Assembly (NCBI GenBank): GCA_030648795.1
Contig: JAUSHC010000014.1
Location: 1 to 45,078, forward strand
DNA length: 45,078 nt
Origin: a bacterium
GTDB lineage: Bacteria; Patescibacteriota; Patescibacteriia; JACQSD01
Direction of reading: 5' to 3'
In this document: one piece after another, positions 44,243-45,078 of the stretch
How positions within the stretch are numbered: the first letter of the stretch is position 1
Layout: each line of letters begins with the position of its first letter
Position numbers and translations under genes: made by a program
Notes under the pieces: model-generated
Seen by the model: only the letters and a program-made list of their open reading frames with translations
What the model was told of the DNA's origin: nothing
The model's database searches: none

Positions 44243-44569
44243 TTATTCCTTTTTCGGTTTTATTAACTCCAGACAGAGTTGCGTAAATAATTCTTGTTTT
44301 TCTTTTGGTAATGCGTGGTAGTTATGACCTATCATTTCTATAACCATCCCTTTGTACTGACTAAGTAGATCCTTTTCCCCATTACTTGCATCAGCTTTTT
44401 TTGGTTGCAATGTTAATTCCAGTAGGGCTTCGTCAAAAGCTTTTTCGGGGTTAATTTTAAACAGAGCGTCTAGTACTACGAGACGTGTTTTCAGAGATTC
44501 TGCTTTATTTCCCCCCTGTTCCTCCTCGGGTCCTTTCGGCGGTACGTAACCCTTAGATTCTCTTGGCAT
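44243..44569 (-). CDS. Hypothetical small protein (108 aa) inserted between rplK and rplA
   Basis: It is the only long ORF in a 416-nt gap between two genes that are normally adjacent. The ATG lies 12 nt after the rplK stop with no clear SD. It is predicted to be helical and charged, and the DNA is visibly more A+T-rich than its neighbours. Confidence 0.5.
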   Translation of the reverse strand: MPRESKGYVPPKGPEEEQGGNKAESLKTRLVVLDALFKINPEKAFDEALLELTLQPKKADASNGEKDLLSQYKGMVIEMIGHNYHALPKEKQELFTQLCLELIKPKKE

Positions 44570-44581
44570 AATTTTTTATTA

Positions 44582-45010
44582 TTACTCGGTAACGGTTAAT
44601 CCCATCTGCCGTGCGGTGCCTTCCACGGTGCGCATTGCCGCTTCGATATTTTCGGTGTTGAGGTCGGGGAGTTTCTTTTCCGCAATCTCGCGCACTTGCG
44701 CTTTTGTTACCTTTCCCACTTTTTCTGAAAGCGGTTTTCCCGAGCCCTTTGCGATACCCGCAGCTTTCTTTAACATCTCTGATACGGGCGGAGTTTTTAA
44801 AATAAACGCGTAGGTGCGATCCTCGTACACGGTAATCTGCACGGGGGTGACTTCACCGGGCGTGCGATCCTTTGTTGCCTCGTTGAATTTTTTGCAGAAT
44901 TCCGCGATGTTGAGCCCATGTTGCCCCAGCGCCGGACCAATAGGAGGTGCGGGGTTTGCTTTTTGTGCGGGAACTTGGAGTTTGACAACGGTTTTTACTT
45001 TCTTTGCCAT
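44582..45010 (-). CDS. rplK: 50S ribosomal protein L11
   Basis: It contains [43 protein letters not shown]... Confidence 0.96.
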   Translation of the reverse strand: MAKKVKTVVKLQVPAQKANPAPPIGPALGQHGLNIAEFCKKFNEATKDRTPGEVTPVQITVYEDRTYAFILKTPPVSEMLKKAAGIAKGSGKPLSEKVGKVTKAQVREIAEKKLPDLNTENIEAAMRTVEGTARQMGLTVTE

Positions 45011-45078
45011 ATGCCATTTGTTCTCAACGAGACGCTCGTCGAGTTGTTAGAACAATGTGCACCGAGCACTCAATGATA

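Noticed and set aside
45011-45078. Possible nusG 3' end or L11/L1 leader upstream of rplK, and a CACCGAG-containing half-site resembling family A
   Set aside because: Only 68 nt are available. No reading frame or complete structure can be supported.

Overview
This 45-kb window comes from a very compact bacterial genome. Many genes are coupled by ATGA overlaps, and convergent genes overlap or sit 1 nt apart. No rRNA, tRNA, CRISPR array, transposase or integrase was recognised. The gene content (bacterial Elp3, giant surface ORFs, small palindromic repeats) suggests a Patescibacteria/CPR-like organism; that is inference only.

Gene order:
- uvrA (5' end cut by the window edge)
- CYTH protein
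- stand-alone C39-like cysteine peptidase
- nucleotidyltransferase-fold protein
- Wzy/O-antigen-ligase-like membrane protein, frameshifted at a heptanucleotide tract
- CIRCE operator, groES, groEL
- three translationally coupled giant ORFs of 1671, 4047 and 1629 aa (8607-30638, about 49% of the window)
- M50 site-2 protease
- Elp3-like gene head-to-head with a Trm9-like methyltransferase
- miaA
- yqeY and gatB
- phosphohexomutase
- tmk-like, dgt and folA
- an orphan ORF
- thyA, dut and dcd
- rplA, an orphan ORF, rplK

Main leads:
1. The giant-ORF operon encodes mosaic secreted or membrane-anchored proteins built from beta-propellers, lectin-like folds and about 30 Ig/FN3-like repeats. An intramembrane protease gene follows it.
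2. At least four families of short palindromic hairpin elements recur in the window. Several sit in frame inside unrelated protein-coding genes (Elp3, Trm9-like MT, giant protein 3, Wzy-like, NTase-like). This resembles Rickettsia palindromic elements.
3. The Wzy-like gene carries 7-nt-period tandem repeats, and gaining one repeat unit would repair its frameshift.
4. The Elp3/Trm9-like pair is a eukaryote/archaeal-type tRNA U34 modification pair, with start codons 1 nt apart.
5. Orphan ORFs interrupt both the rplK-rplA junction and the folA-thyA deoxynucleotide cluster.

All domain calls come from motif recognition by eye. No database search was run.
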